From Phoronis australis (lineage: Eukaryota > Animalia > Phoronida), in the NCBI GenBank assembly GCA_002633005.1, contig NMRA01000202.1, positions 105,516-169,515 of the forward strand: DNA of 64,000 nucleotides, given 5' to 3'. Shown piece by piece: positions 13,201 to 25,100 of the stretch. The position numbers were made by a program, and so were the translations under genes. The notes beneath the pieces were generated by a model that had not been told where the DNA came from, searched no databases, and worked only from the letters and a program-made list of their open reading frames with translations. Position 1 is the stretch's first letter. Each line of letters opens with the position of its first letter.

Positions 13201-15652
13201 AATGCACTGCCAGTACTGTGGTCATTCACCAGAGTTCACTATTAGTACTACTCAGGCAGTGTTGCACAAAATGGCATAGGCAATGACCATCGCCTCTGTT
13301 GGCCCGAACCAGAGGCGATGCAGAGGCTATAGGCGCTCTGTACGCCGGAAGCTTTTCGACGAGTTATGCCTTCTCACCGACTAAACCATCAAAGTCACAT
13401 TGTTATAAATACCTTTTGCGCATAGAGGAACACCTGAGGAGGTTGTCGATGTGTGTAATTCCTTCCAACTCGAACAAATACTCCCATTACCAAACTTTTT
13501 CTTCGAGCAGTCCCTATTTCAGTTCCCAAAATCGGGAACTCACCATTTTTATACTGCGCACGCTCCAATTTTTACCGCGCTCGCTAGGTGATGTGACTTC
13601 ATGACCTCAATCTTTAAATAGGCCAAAGGTGAGCCATTGCAGTCTTGTCAGTCAAATGTCCGTTTCCAAAATGCCACCACTTATACTTGTCTTTAATTGG
13701 CGTTACTTGAAACTGATTGTATTTCAATGAATTATTGTTTGTATTTGATAAAAATAAATGCCGCTGATATGACATTTAATAGTCTTTGTGCACATATTTG
13801 ACATTTTAATGTTTAACAACACGGCAAATGCACGGCTGGTTCCCGGCAGCATGTACGCGAAGGGCGGGAACTTCAGCTTTCAAAGTTCGTCGGTATGTCC
13901 GCAACTTCTGACCTTCGGCCTGGTTAAAAAAATGAAAATGTTGATTTCACAATTTTGGGAACTGAAATAGGGACTGCTCGAAGAAAAAGTTTCATAACGG
14001 GAGTATTTGTTCGAGTTGGAAGGAATTAAACATATCGACAACCTCCTAAGGTGTTCCTCTATGCGCAAAAGGTATTTATAACAACGTGACTTTGTCTTTG
14101 ATGGTTTAGTCGGTGCGAGGCATAATTCGCCGTAAAGCTTCCGGCGTACAGAGCGCCTATAGCCTCTGCATCGCCTCTGGTTCGGGCCAACAGAGGCGAT
14201 GGTCATTGCCTAAAAATGGCATTGCTGACGAATAAAGAGGCGTATTGTAAAGAAATCTTAATTAACAAAAGTATCTGTTCGAGTTGGAAGGACTAAAAGT
14301 TAACTCTTAACACCTTCATTCACTTGACTGAAGGGTTCCAATGTCCTTCTAGACTATGGAGTGGCTCGAAAAGTAGTAGGGGCTAGGGCAGGATATAGCC
14401 AAACAAAATATAGACCCTATTACGGCACTAGTCGGATATAATGGACCCTAACTTNTCAGGTTCACAGCAAGAGTTTGCAAACACACTGGTAATTGTTTAC
14501 AATATGACGACATTGACTTTGTTGTGAAAGTGGGCACTAGTCGGATATAATGGACCCTAACTTATTCCAAATAAATCCACTAAATATAGGTCTAAATGAA
14601 TTATTTTGGTATCGTTGCATTCCTCAAACATCTGGCTATCCGTACAAATCATTTTCACGACCCTCAATTACTATAGAGTCTATAACTACGCTATTCCGAA
14701 CTCGGTCCACTTTAGCGACGCGCATTGTGAAATTGGCAGCCATTTCAGGGAACTTACTATATCTAGCGCCATCTATCGGCGATTTGCTACAACACGCGCT
14801 GTTCCTTTTTCATCAGTCAATGTCATTGGTCAATTTCGTCAATTATTAACATCATCGTTATTAATCATCGTACGTTTGCTCTCGTCATCACCTTCGTCGT
14901 CTCTCTCACGATTGTATCTGTCATCGTCATGTTATCGTTGTCCATGTTGACTGATGAAAAAGGAACAGCACATGTTGTAGCAAATCGCCGATAGATGGCG
15001 CAAGATATATAGTAAAGCAACCTGACATGGCTGGCGATTTCATGATGCGCGTGGCTAAAGTCGGCCAAGTTCGGAATGGCGTAGTTATAGACTAGAGAAA
15101 TTGAGGGTCGTGAAAATGATTTGTATGGATAGCCAGATGTCTGAGGAATGCAACGATACCAAAATCATTCATTTAGACCTACATTTAGTGGATTTATTTG
15201 GAATAAGTTAGGGTCCATTATATCCGACTAGTGCCCCTATTACTCCCAGATAGACCTCACCTAAGCCTTGCTAAGCAACGTGACTTTGCTGGTAAAGTAA
15301 GTCTAGTAAGTGTGAGGCTCATTTTGCCGAAAAGCTTCTGGCTTGCCACGGCTGTATGGGATGGCCACCGTCTGGTCCAACCTGGCTGGCCAGGAGGTCC
15401 CAAGGTGGCACTGTCTACATTAAACTAACGGTTTGAGTTGACTGGATGTCGGGCCAACAGAGGCGATGGTCATTGCCTAGGTGTCTGACTGAGTCTGAGC
15501 ACTCTGAGCTGCTGAGTCAGCAGGGAGATTGTTGACACTGACACTGGGAGGTAGTCACAACGATTACTCACCCAAAAGAAAATGTTAAATCCGAACACGA
15601 GATACTTTATGCAACAGCTAACTTCTGTTCTATCTTGCGCATTCCTAGCCAT
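1171..15652 (-). CDS. TSPAN5: Tetraspanin, TspanC8 subfamily (TSPAN5/17-like); first 5 coding exons (192 aa), 3' end lies beyond the window start
   Basis: Exons 15652-15572, 6114-5911, 5531-5457, 4037-3939, 1287-1171, all phase 0 with GT-AG sites. Joined protein MARNAQDRTEVSCCIKYLVFGFNIFFW..GCIGALRENTCLL..YRDDPDLQNLIDWIQ..CCG..DW..N.YFNC..CGVPFSCC matches TspanC8 motifs. Confidence 0.93.
2377..2530. repeat. Imperfect palindrome (degraded MITE)
   Basis: ATAGGTCATCC..GGAATACTACTGC..CATTTCATCTGG / CCAGATGAAATG..GCAGTAGTATTCC..GGATGACCTAT. Confidence 0.7.
3540..3761 (+). mobile_element. Penelope-like GIY-YIG remnant (frameshifted)
   Basis: DSAVF..HDFSTENVAMLDIEEGWF, frameshift, then RRIREAIYERHESLSLDRQRRLRHILSVVWN. 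Confidence 0.7.
3939..4037 (-). CDS. TSPAN5: TSPAN5-like coding exon 4 (large extracellular loop)
   Basis: FHDQIKIKLLEFIKNYRDDPDLQNLIDWIQADW, CAG acceptor and GTAAGA donor. Confidence 0.92.
4563..4811. mobile_element. MITE, copy 1 of a two-copy family
   Basis: GGGGCCCGTTCCAACAAAACTGAC / GTCAGTTTCTTGGAACAGGCCCC. Confidence 0.7.
5457..5531 (-). CDS. TSPAN5: TSPAN5-like coding exon 3 (TM3)
   Basis: FSICLGVIFFLELGVGILFFVYKDW, CAG acceptor and GTGAGT donor; absent from the ORF track. Confidence 0.92.
5911..6114 (-). CDS. TSPAN5: TSPAN5-like coding exon 2
   Basis: CAG acceptor, FVGVGLLAIGIWAW..GCIGALRENTCLLLF, GTAAGT donor. Confidence 0.95.
10465..10885 (+). mobile_element. Penelope-like retroelement remnant with inverted terminal arms
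   Basis: About 155-bp inverted arms flank a spacer translating EKDWFKRGVKEALHQLIESPSLNKRGGLRFDLPHVWDGVL, the C-terminus typical of Penelope GIY-YIG endonucleases. Confidence 0.75.
13277..14212. mobile_element. Non-autonomous Mutator-like (MULE/foldback) element with long TIRs
   Basis: About 270-bp inverted arms (TAGGCAATGACCATCGCCTCTG.. / ..CAGAGGCGATGGTCATTGCCTA); exact 9-bp TSD AAAATGGCA at 13268-13276 and 14213-14221. Confidence 0.85.
14424..15235. mobile_element. Foldback MITE with about 290-bp arms and 8-bp TSD (Merlin-like by GG..CC ends; family inferred)
   Basis: GGCACTAGTCGGATATAATGGACCC.. / ..GGGTCCATTATATCCGACTAGTGCC; TSD CCTATTAC at 14416-14423 and 15236-15243; left end appears twice around the N at 14455. 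Confidence 0.75.
15449..15479. repeat. Solo terminal fragment of the MULE-like TIR
   Basis: TCGGGCCAACAGAGGCGATGGTCATTGCCTA, identical to 14182-14212. Confidence 0.75.
15572..15652 (-). CDS. TSPAN5: TSPAN5-like coding exon 1
   Basis: MARNAQDRTEVSCCIKYLVFGFNIFFW followed by a GTGAGT donor. Confidence 0.92.
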
Positions 15653-16174
15653 GGTTGATCAAAGCTAAGTGTCCATAAAAAGCAGAAAACGAAAATAAAC
15701 AACACTCTTTTCCTTCTTCACCACTTATCGTCTTCTCTCGCGCAGTCGCGGGAGCCAGTTGTGTTTACTGTCGCGCCTCCTCTTGCTGGCAATAAAAACT
15801 GATTTACGTTCGCGTGTTCCCGCTTCCATCCGTAAATCGTTGTCGACTCGTCGTGTACGCTTACGTCTGTTACTCTTCTCAGTTATTGACAACATCATTG
15901 TATCTCATGAGCTTATGGCGCGTGCTGAACTTATCTGGCACCATGTCCGGATACATCCTTACTGAGACGTGGTGTAAACTTTTCCAGCAAAACGTCGAAT
16001 GTAAATTTAACACGAAGTGCGTTTATTTTAGATTGACGTCATAGTGCAATTACTTTTGCGTGATGTCCGCTTTACGTGTAAGTTGCTGACGGTGCTGTAA
16101 AACTTCTGTCCGCTAAAGCAACAATTTCCACGTTTAAAGTTTTGCCTGAAGAACAAAACTGTTCTCAAAGAATA
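15653..16174. promoter_or_regulatory. Putative bidirectional TSPAN5/GMEB promoter (CpG-rich)
   Basis: Divergent ATGs 522 nt apart; locally CpG-dense; CRE TGACGTCA at 16034-16041; TTACGT near 15785, 15861 and 16072; YY1-like AAAATGGCGGC just downstream at 16288. Confidence 0.65.
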
Positions 16175-16186
16175 ATGGAATCCGAG
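16175..16186 (+). CDS. GMEB1: GMEB-like coding exon 1 (MESE)
   Basis: ATG GAA TCC GAG then GTAAGA donor; phase 0 matches the acceptor before 16998. Confidence 0.65.
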
Positions 16187-19100
16187 GTAAGAAACTGAAA
16201 CGCCGTCGCAACCGGTATTGTCGTTACGTTTGGAACTCCGACCTACGTCAACGACGACTGACAAGCTTTGTGAATTCATTTTCGACTAAAATGGCGGCGT
16301 TTCTTCTCCACGTTTGCATTTGGACGTTGACTGGCCTCGTAATCTGAGCTCCAACCGAGCCTCCGGCCACTGAGACCCGCACTTAACCCAGCCCACTCCA
16401 GTGCCAGAGGGTTGTGTATGTCTGTCGGCACCCTCTTATTGTCTTACCATCAGCATAAACTTGTGCTTGGGGGTTGATTTATTATGCACATTAATAGGTC
16501 ACCCAGTGTCGTGTTCGCATATTGCTTTGCCCTTCATTTTCCCTTCAGTTAATCATGAGAGACCTATGTTCACACTCGCGAGTGACGTTTTCACTTTGTA
16601 ACCAAGGCAAAAGGGACTTTTATTTTTATAATTCATAAATGTAAAGACAAATTACTGAAGCGTGACATTGTTGTCGCTGTATTGATTGATTTTCCTTGGT
16701 CATCACAACTGTAGTGCATTTGTTTTTTCTTCAAGTAAGTCATTCACTTTGACAAAAGATGTAATTTTTTAAAGGAACTTTTTCAACTAGGCTACCATAA
16801 AATTACCAATGTTGCAAATTCCTGCCTGACTTCGTCTTTTTGTTTTTATTTGTTTTGTTTTGATTTGTTGACAACATGCTTTAAACTTTTAATGATGTAA
16901 AAATCTTATTTAGGACATTTATTTGCACGCTGATTTTCTTAATAACATCTTTGTCAGATATGCAATTCCTTGAATTTTGTTTATCGTTATTTTTCAGAGT
17001 TTCCAAGAAGGCAGTATTATGTCCGTGACATGTGGTCATTTAACAGGAAAGCTTCACCATGCCAAATTCTTATGTCCAGGGATACACATGGAATGTATCG
17101 AGGTGGATGGGGACTTTGTTACACCCAAGATATTCTCTGTGATGGGAGATAAAGAAAGATTGAAAGATTGGAAGAATGCAGTCAGAGTCAATGGAGTTAG
17201 TGTAAGGTAAGTTGTCCTAATCTTTTGTTGAACAAGATTATATCTGTGCTGAGTGGGAATTTGTTGGATTGCTACTTTTCCTTATCTTAGTCCAAAAAGC
17301 ATATTTTTTCTGGTCCGTCTGACTCATTTTGAAACCTTTGCCTCACAACTTAAGAAAAAACTGCCTGCACACATCAATTTCAGTCGAGGTTTGAAATTTT
17401 TGAGAAGCCCACAGGGTTTCAAGGTTAAGGAGGGTGCAAGAAAAATGTCCACATTTGTCTAGTTTTGGAACATATCTCTGAAATAGCTATTTGGGTTCAC
17501 ATGAAACTTCCATATACTTGTTGCTAAATACTTTATCCACCATTCTCGAAAAACGTTATTGTAGGAATTGACCCAATATGTTACACGTCAACCGTAGATT
17601 GGCACTGAAACTTATCTGAGTTGAATAAAAAAGAAAAAGCCCGCATGACTTTTGCTCAACACAGGTATTTTTTAGAAAAGTGGGAAAATCAAAATTATTG
17701 ATATCTTTGAACTTAAACGTCAATAATTTTACATTAGAAATGTAAGCACTGAGTCATGAATATCAATTAAAGCAATTATTTTAGAATTTCCGTTCAGTTT
17801 ATTTTAGGGCAATGTCTCAAATGCTGCACTGTAATGTTTTTTTAAGAAATTGAATAATTAGATCATTTGGATTTTGATTTTATGGTTGCTTATTGAGCAA
17901 AGTTCATTTTTTTCTTAAAACTTAAATGAATTAAGTTGTTAATCATTCCATTATGTCATGTGTACAGTAAGTCCTTGCACGTGTAGCACACGATAATCTA
18001 ATGGTGGACAACTCAAATTTCATTTTGTTGAATTCCTCACAAAAAATCAAGATGTTTAGTTATGTGTTTGTACTGTGTAGATGTCGTAAAGCAACATTTG
18101 TCTACATAATTTGCAGTAACATAATTATTTGTCAAAAATTGAAAAATTACAGCTTTTGCAATTTTTTCTGTGGGAAGTAACTGAATAATTACTGCAGTTT
18201 TTACTCATCAGTTAAACAATAAAAATAGAACCGTAAAACAGAAAAAATACGTAATCAATTAAGATAATGCAAATCGATTTGTACCTTTCACCATTACTTA
18301 TACATTTAAATTAAATTTCAAAATTAAACTCATATATTAACTCTTGTGCTTCTATTGGTGTTTTTAACATGTGTTGATTATAATAGGAAAACTAACCCCA
18401 TTTTGTTCTTTGACTAAAACTCAAACTTTATCAGACGAATTTGGTTTCAACACATTCCGTCTACACACAGACCATCTGTTTGACTTGAGTTCTGGCTGGG
18501 ACGCTGTCTTACATCATAGCATGACGGAATTATCACAAAGGCTCTGTTGAAAATATGAATGGCTAAACAGAGACCAAAGAGCCGCAATCTCAACCTCTTC
18601 TCAATTTCATTTCCCTCAATAGCATTAATACAGCGACTAGGTGTAAACTGTTACCAAATATGAAAATATGACTGTGTTATTTTAAACACGTAGGTGAATA
18701 GCTGTTACCTAAGGTTAGTCAACATCAACAGTGCGGCAGCCTTGTGAAGGTAGCACATCGTTTAGGATGTTCAGTTTAAATGAGTAGACATTGTATCCTG
18801 GCTTAGTGTAGATGTTATTTCTGTTAAGTGAAATATGAACTACAGAGTCACATTATTGAGTTGGGATCGTGTTCTTAAAAACAACGTTCTTAATCAGAAA
18901 ACTGTTTGATCATTTTGCCGTAATCTTCATAGAAAAAGAAGTAGTATTTATTTCTGCACTTCAGTTTAAGAATGTGTGGAAATTCATGATTGCTTCGTGA
19001 TTATGAAAAATGAAAAAGGTCATCTCTGACAATTGTTTTTGTCTAAAATTTGTAAGTTATGTGAAATTTCAATATTTACAGCTTTGTCTTTTTATCCAGC

Positions 19101-22100
19101 TGTTTCTAAATGGTTGCTAACTGGTAAATTCCTTCACTTACGTTGGAACTTGATGAAAAACAATTTAAATTTTTATACATTCGAATGAGCAAAAATTTGT
19201 AAGCAAACATACAGAATTTGTGGAATAAAATATGTAAACATTTGTCTTGGAATAAGAGTTTTTGGTAAATTAACAAAATCACTTCTCATGAAATTAAAAA
19301 AAAACACCTTAATTGCATGTTGGTAGTTACAGATGTTGCAGTACTCGTTTCATGGTGGCAATTTATTTGGTACCAGGTATTGGTAATATCCAGGTGTGTG
19401 GTGTTTATTCCCACCCAGTGTTTAAGGCCCATATAGTAACACTCTGTGTTGTTCTTCCTCTGGTGAATACCACTGCACCCCCAGGCTGTCTTATACTTTG
19501 ATCCTTTGAACCTCCATGCTTGTTCATGTAAACAGCTATAGGTCACCTTGTAATTTTAAGCCAGATGCTTACATAACATAAAATTTGGAGATATTTTCCA
19601 AACTTCCATTGTGTGCTCTAAGCTTATGATTAAGTTTGTTTCACTCTGGGAAACAAGGAAATATTTTATAACAGAAGACACAGCAATTATTATCCTCTCC
19701 AAGTGTCAGAAAATCCTTGAATTGCAGGTAGTTTTTGGTGTCTTGGGCTCTTACTGATATATTGGGTGTTGGTACAAAATTATTTTGACATAGTTTAGTG
19801 CTATGCACTGTGAGAATTCAAAGCAAAGAGTTCTTAGAATCGTTTTTTTCAAGGTACAAAATTTTGATTTTTCAATTTCAGTTGAGCATAAATTCTTTTA
19901 TCTGCCTGGTATACATGTTCATTATTGTTAAAGCTGCATTTAAGGTGTGCTTTCAATCAGAAAATTTTGATTTAGGTCATTTACCAATATAAAATCAGGA
20001 TGAACTGTCTGTTTGTAATTTACTGAGACCAACTTCAGGCTTATAAAATTTCAGGTCATACGTACATGTGTTTTTAATAAGAAACAAATTAAGAAAAATT
20101 TTGTAACGGCAATTGGTCTAAATAAAAAATTTTGGTTTTTGACAGAAAGTAGAGGTAAAATGCCACTTTGTGATAATCTTAATTTATTTTTTTTTTGTGA
20201 TTGAAATAGCATTTAAACTTGTTACAACTAAATTGAACATAATGATTTTGGTTCTTTGTGAGAGAACTTTAGGCAATTCACAGATTTTTCATTATTTTCG
20301 AAACTAAAATTGTGCATAAGATAGTTCTCTTCATCGACTGCAAAAGGAACTAGATGCTTTGAGCTTTATCTGTTTAATTTCAGAGAACTAGAACAATTGA
20401 ACTTCTCTCTGCATTCTTTCTGAAATATGTGTTGTATTAAAGCTTATTTATATAAGACTAAGTATTCAACACTCTTTCATTGTTGGTATTATTATCAACA
20501 ATATTTATATTTTTTACTATAAAATTAGCATTACTATTACTATGATTATTTAATTATTATGTCTCTGTTTAATGTCCTGTTGTAGGCGACTCATGGAATG
20601 CGGACAGTTGGATTTTTATTGTCACAAGGAGCAGTGTTCGGGTCGGTGTATTGGTAAGCCGAGTGCAAAGGTCAAAGTTGACGGAGTAGGAGTCAAAGGT
20701 GACCTGCCAACACAAGTGAATGGAAATTTAGGTCAGAACTACTCTCTGGAACTCTCTTCGCTTAGTGCCGCTTCTTTAGGACTCACCAGTAAGGCTATTA
20801 TGAACAACAGAATACTTTTGCCAAAGTCTTTCAACGGAACGAGCAACAGGACCTACTCTGTCACACTACCTTCTTCTGTAACCTCAGCGGCAACGACGTT
20901 GGTTCCCGTGACAACGCGGACTTCAAATACGTCTTCTCAAGCGGTGTTCCCGCAGGCTATTCCCGTGTTCTCCAGTATCAACGGAGGGCTGAGCAGCGGG
21001 CAAAACGGGGGCCTGTTTCTCGAGACAATGGACTCGACGGAGTTTGACACATCACTGCTTGAAGACGGCGGGGCACAAGGGGATGTGCATGGTGGCAATA
21101 ATGGTTATAATGAGTTGGAGGAGGATATCAAGCCAAGTGCAGAGGACTTGGAGAGGTTACGTGCTAGTATGGATGATAAGGAGATGACACCAGAAGGTAA
21201 AAGGGCATGTTGTGTAATTTAGAAAGTCTGACTTCGTAAGCCAACACTAATGTGTGTTAACCAACTGATGTCTGGTCATAGTTATCGCCACTTTTAACCA
21301 CATTTGGTATATTCAGACGAAAAAGCATACATTATCTTGTAATGTCAGCCATCAATTGCAATGTCAAGTGACCATTTGTGTTTTTGATAACTGGGCTTCA
21401 TTTGCTGATTCCCTTACTCGCAAATTTGTCAATCTCGATTTTAAACGATTCGTTGCTGAACTACTTTTCAGCAGACTCACAAAATGTCACTGATTTCCTC
21501 AACATGTTGATTGACAGTTCTTGGTGAGCCCATGAGATGGTGTTGCCACCTGGTGACTGTCTGACTCATCCTCTAAGGTTGTGCAGGACCTTATTGACAA
21601 GTCTGTGTTTTTCAAAATAAACTGAATAGACTTCAATGGAATTCTGCCACTCTCTGCCAAACTTTGTATCAGTCTGTCATTCGTCAGGTCACGTGACCAT
21701 GTCTTTAAACATTTCCGAAAAACAACGATTTCACTTACATGTCCACATCAAGGTGAAATCTCAAAAGACACTATCTCAGTTTTCTAAAATATTGTAGCAC
21801 GTTTGTTTTAAGCAACTTTTGATTTTTTCATGAAAATCATAAATTGTATTTTTGGTAGCCTAGCTCTCATGTAATTGTAGAATGTTTTAAGAATAATTCC
21901 TTACATCGTTTTGAAGAACACTGAAAGTTTCATGTTGAATCTGATTAGCAGTTGATGCAATTTTGGAGTCAACAGAGAAGTGCAGTCCAACATGTTTATG
22001 GCTCTGCTGTGTAACATGAAGTCCTGGGGTTGCTAATATCACATTTGCATAATTATTCTTTTTAGATTCCTGGCCAGAAAAAAATGACATGTCATTACCA

Positions 22101-25100
22101 ATCTTAAGTTTGATTGAATAAATACCCATTCCTTTGGGTTGTCAGCCTGTTTTAAAGCCACCGTTAGATAATTCCAAAATGCCAGATAAACCGACCCATG
22201 TTTGTTGCACACCAGTGAGGTTTAATCTCTTCCTGCTAATACCCACCCCATGTGTGCACAACCTCCAGCCAAAATTTCAGTTTAGAGTTAGAGTTGTTGG
22301 ACTGGAGTTTGGCAAATTCCCGAGTATTGATATTTGATCCAGGTACAAAAATCCATGGCTAATGAGAAACTTGTGAAAGCAAATGCAAGGGTCATGGGGA
22401 TTGGTGGGTCTTGTTGCTAGTTACTGGTGTTGGAAGCTGGCAGTGAATGGCATGCAGGGAGGGGGTGGGGCGTGGGGCATGGGGGAAACTGAAGAAAGTC
22501 ACATACAGCTAGAGATATTTGTCTGTGATCTTTCTTTTGGCGTGATCTTTAAATCCTCTGATTTTATCTGGAAACACATTAGTTCACCTAATTATGCTAT
22601 AATACTGATTGGAGTTCTTTGATTGCATCTGCTGCTAGGCCAAATTTGCTGGTCAACATGAAAATTTGTTCTAGACTTAATTTAATGATGTCAATCCTGA
22701 CTTGACCAGTGATGGCTGTATTTACCAGATTTAATGACCTGTACCTGAAGTGACTAAGCCAGGGGCACAGAGTGAAAAAGGGTACACACGTCACAATGTG
22801 TCGTCCACCCTACGAGTTACCATAGAATGAGTTACTCCTAAAATGATTGACGCCAGGTTTAGTGGAAGTGTGGATGGTATTTGTGCTTGGGCAGCTTGAT
22901 ACATATGTGAATAATTTGCCCTACCTTTTCGAGGGAGGGTAACTTCTTCTTGGGTAACTTGCCCCAGCACAAGTCCTTGTGTGGACACAAATATGCAGGG
23001 AAAGCAGAAGAATTTACCACCTTTGCGCTTGCTCAGTGACACACGACTACTGTCTGTCAGCAACGTCACTTGTCACATGGGTGGTGTTTTTTGTCTTAAA
23101 AGATTAGGTCACCAAGAATGCGCTCTATAACAGACAACCTATAGCGTGATTTGCGCCGCATATGGCATCATCAACAGACAATATCTTGGATTAGTCGAGT
23201 GGTGTCTGTGGTGACTGTGATAACAATCTCTACAGTTGGGAATTGTCTTCAGCTTAGTCTGTCTGATGTCGGCAGCTTGTCGGATATTGGCGTTCTGAGG
23301 TGACTATGTAAAAAGAAGGTTGTAAGAAGCACTTTTGCTTAGTGCAACTTTTGTGTTCTTAGACATTTATGAAGCACTGAAAAATCAGGTCTTTGCCTTT
23401 ACTTGTTAAACTTTCTCGAACTTTCTTTTGTCTTAGGTTAAAGTTTCATGTATTCACACTTATGAAAGTGCATGCTGTCTTGCTTTAACAGACCCAAATA
23501 GTTCGCATTGTCTCCCATTGGGGCCATGCGTGGCAATGCTTCACCTATTTTGTGCACAAAGTAGACATTTTGTGAAACTTCTCAAGAAAAAACAGAGATT
23601 AAGAAAATTTGGTTTGTATTGCGCAGGTGCCATAAAGCAACATGGAAGAGTTTTTAGAGTTTGCAGCAGTGGTAAATCATGCAGTTTTGAAAAGTAGAAA
23701 AAATACAACTTTGACTATTCCTTGGTGTGAAGTATGTGATGAAGAATTGCCTTACATTTTCAGTGAACACATGTAGTGTCATATTTTGGTGGTAGTGGAA
23801 GGTCACCCTACTTCATAATTCACTGGATGGTGCCACTGCAACAGTGGTCCCACGGGGAAAATGTATGCAGTCGGGTAATTGCGTTATTCTCTTCTGAACA
23901 CCTTTCTGGGCCCTGGGACGACCAAATTTTATTTGAAACTTGACTCGAAGGTTTATTTGTCAGGCGCCACATTTTGAGTACTAAGTTTTCAAATTCTGTG
24001 ATTTGTTATGAGTCAGTTGTCGAGTTTATTGAGTACAGTTTGGTGGTCTGTTAGTCATACCATATGGGTCCAGGTTAAAGGGACATTACTGGTTTTCCAG
24101 CCGAAAAACGCATGACTTAGTTGTTTTTTTTCAATGAAATGACCGAAGTCTTGGTTTTGATGGCTGGTTTTTGGTCTAAATAAGTTTTGGTTATTTTTTC
24201 CAGACACCGAATTGTTGTACCTAATTGAGATAGAATTTTAAGTTTTGGGCAAAATTTGTCAGTAGATGGCAGCCTTGACTACATTGCGCCAAACTTCGAA
24301 AATCACATTTGTTAAGAAGAAACGCAATTACAAGCAGTAAGGCATTATTTTCGTGTGCACAGCAGGTTTCTGTGACTATCAAGGATTTGAAAAATATATG
24401 GGTTGACTAGTTGTATTTTAAAAGATATTTAAGGAGGTGTGACCCTTGGTAGCGAAGGTATTCAATTACCATAAATACGCTTAACATACTCGGCTTTTCA
24501 TTGAGTGAGGTTTAGCTCCGCTAACAAAGCATTAGATTGGGACTGTGGGGGTTGCATGTTTCCGAATCTGTGCTGAGGCTAATCTCAGAAAATCAGTATT
24601 CTTGCCAATAATATCCCTTTCATGCTAATTTTAGCGTGAATGCTCACTCCTTAATTTTGCAATTTTGTGCTTCTTTAAAATCACGTAATTTCTCAGTTAG
24701 AGGTTTTCAGATTTGCCTCAGCTTCCTTAGAATGCCATATTTTGATGAAACCTCGCTTCTCTGTGCTCCCAGAAATCATGCAAAACGCAATCCTTTAACT
24801 CGCATGCAGTAAACAGTTTTTCATTTACCCGATATTTTATGTACTATTTTTGCCTTGAGAAGTGGCTTAATTTTAACGTAGTGCAATTCCCTGGTCTTTA
24901 AACCAGCCCTAAACTAAGTGTTTGGGCAAAAAGCAGCTTTAAACCCATGTTCTATCCAAGATTCAAACTCAATGATTTACACCAAATTGTTCTTCACTCA
25001 GATGAGAAGTGATTTCTGGGTTTGCAAAAAACTGACAGCCCGTTAATCCTTGAGACCAAGGTCAGCGGCGGCGCTTTAAATGATCATTTGACTTGAAGAG

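Noticed and set aside
13299-14206. Paired 101-aa and 108-aa ORFs sharing CYKYLLRIEEHLRRLS
   Set aside because: The similarity comes from the inverted arms of the foldback element, not from coding conservation.
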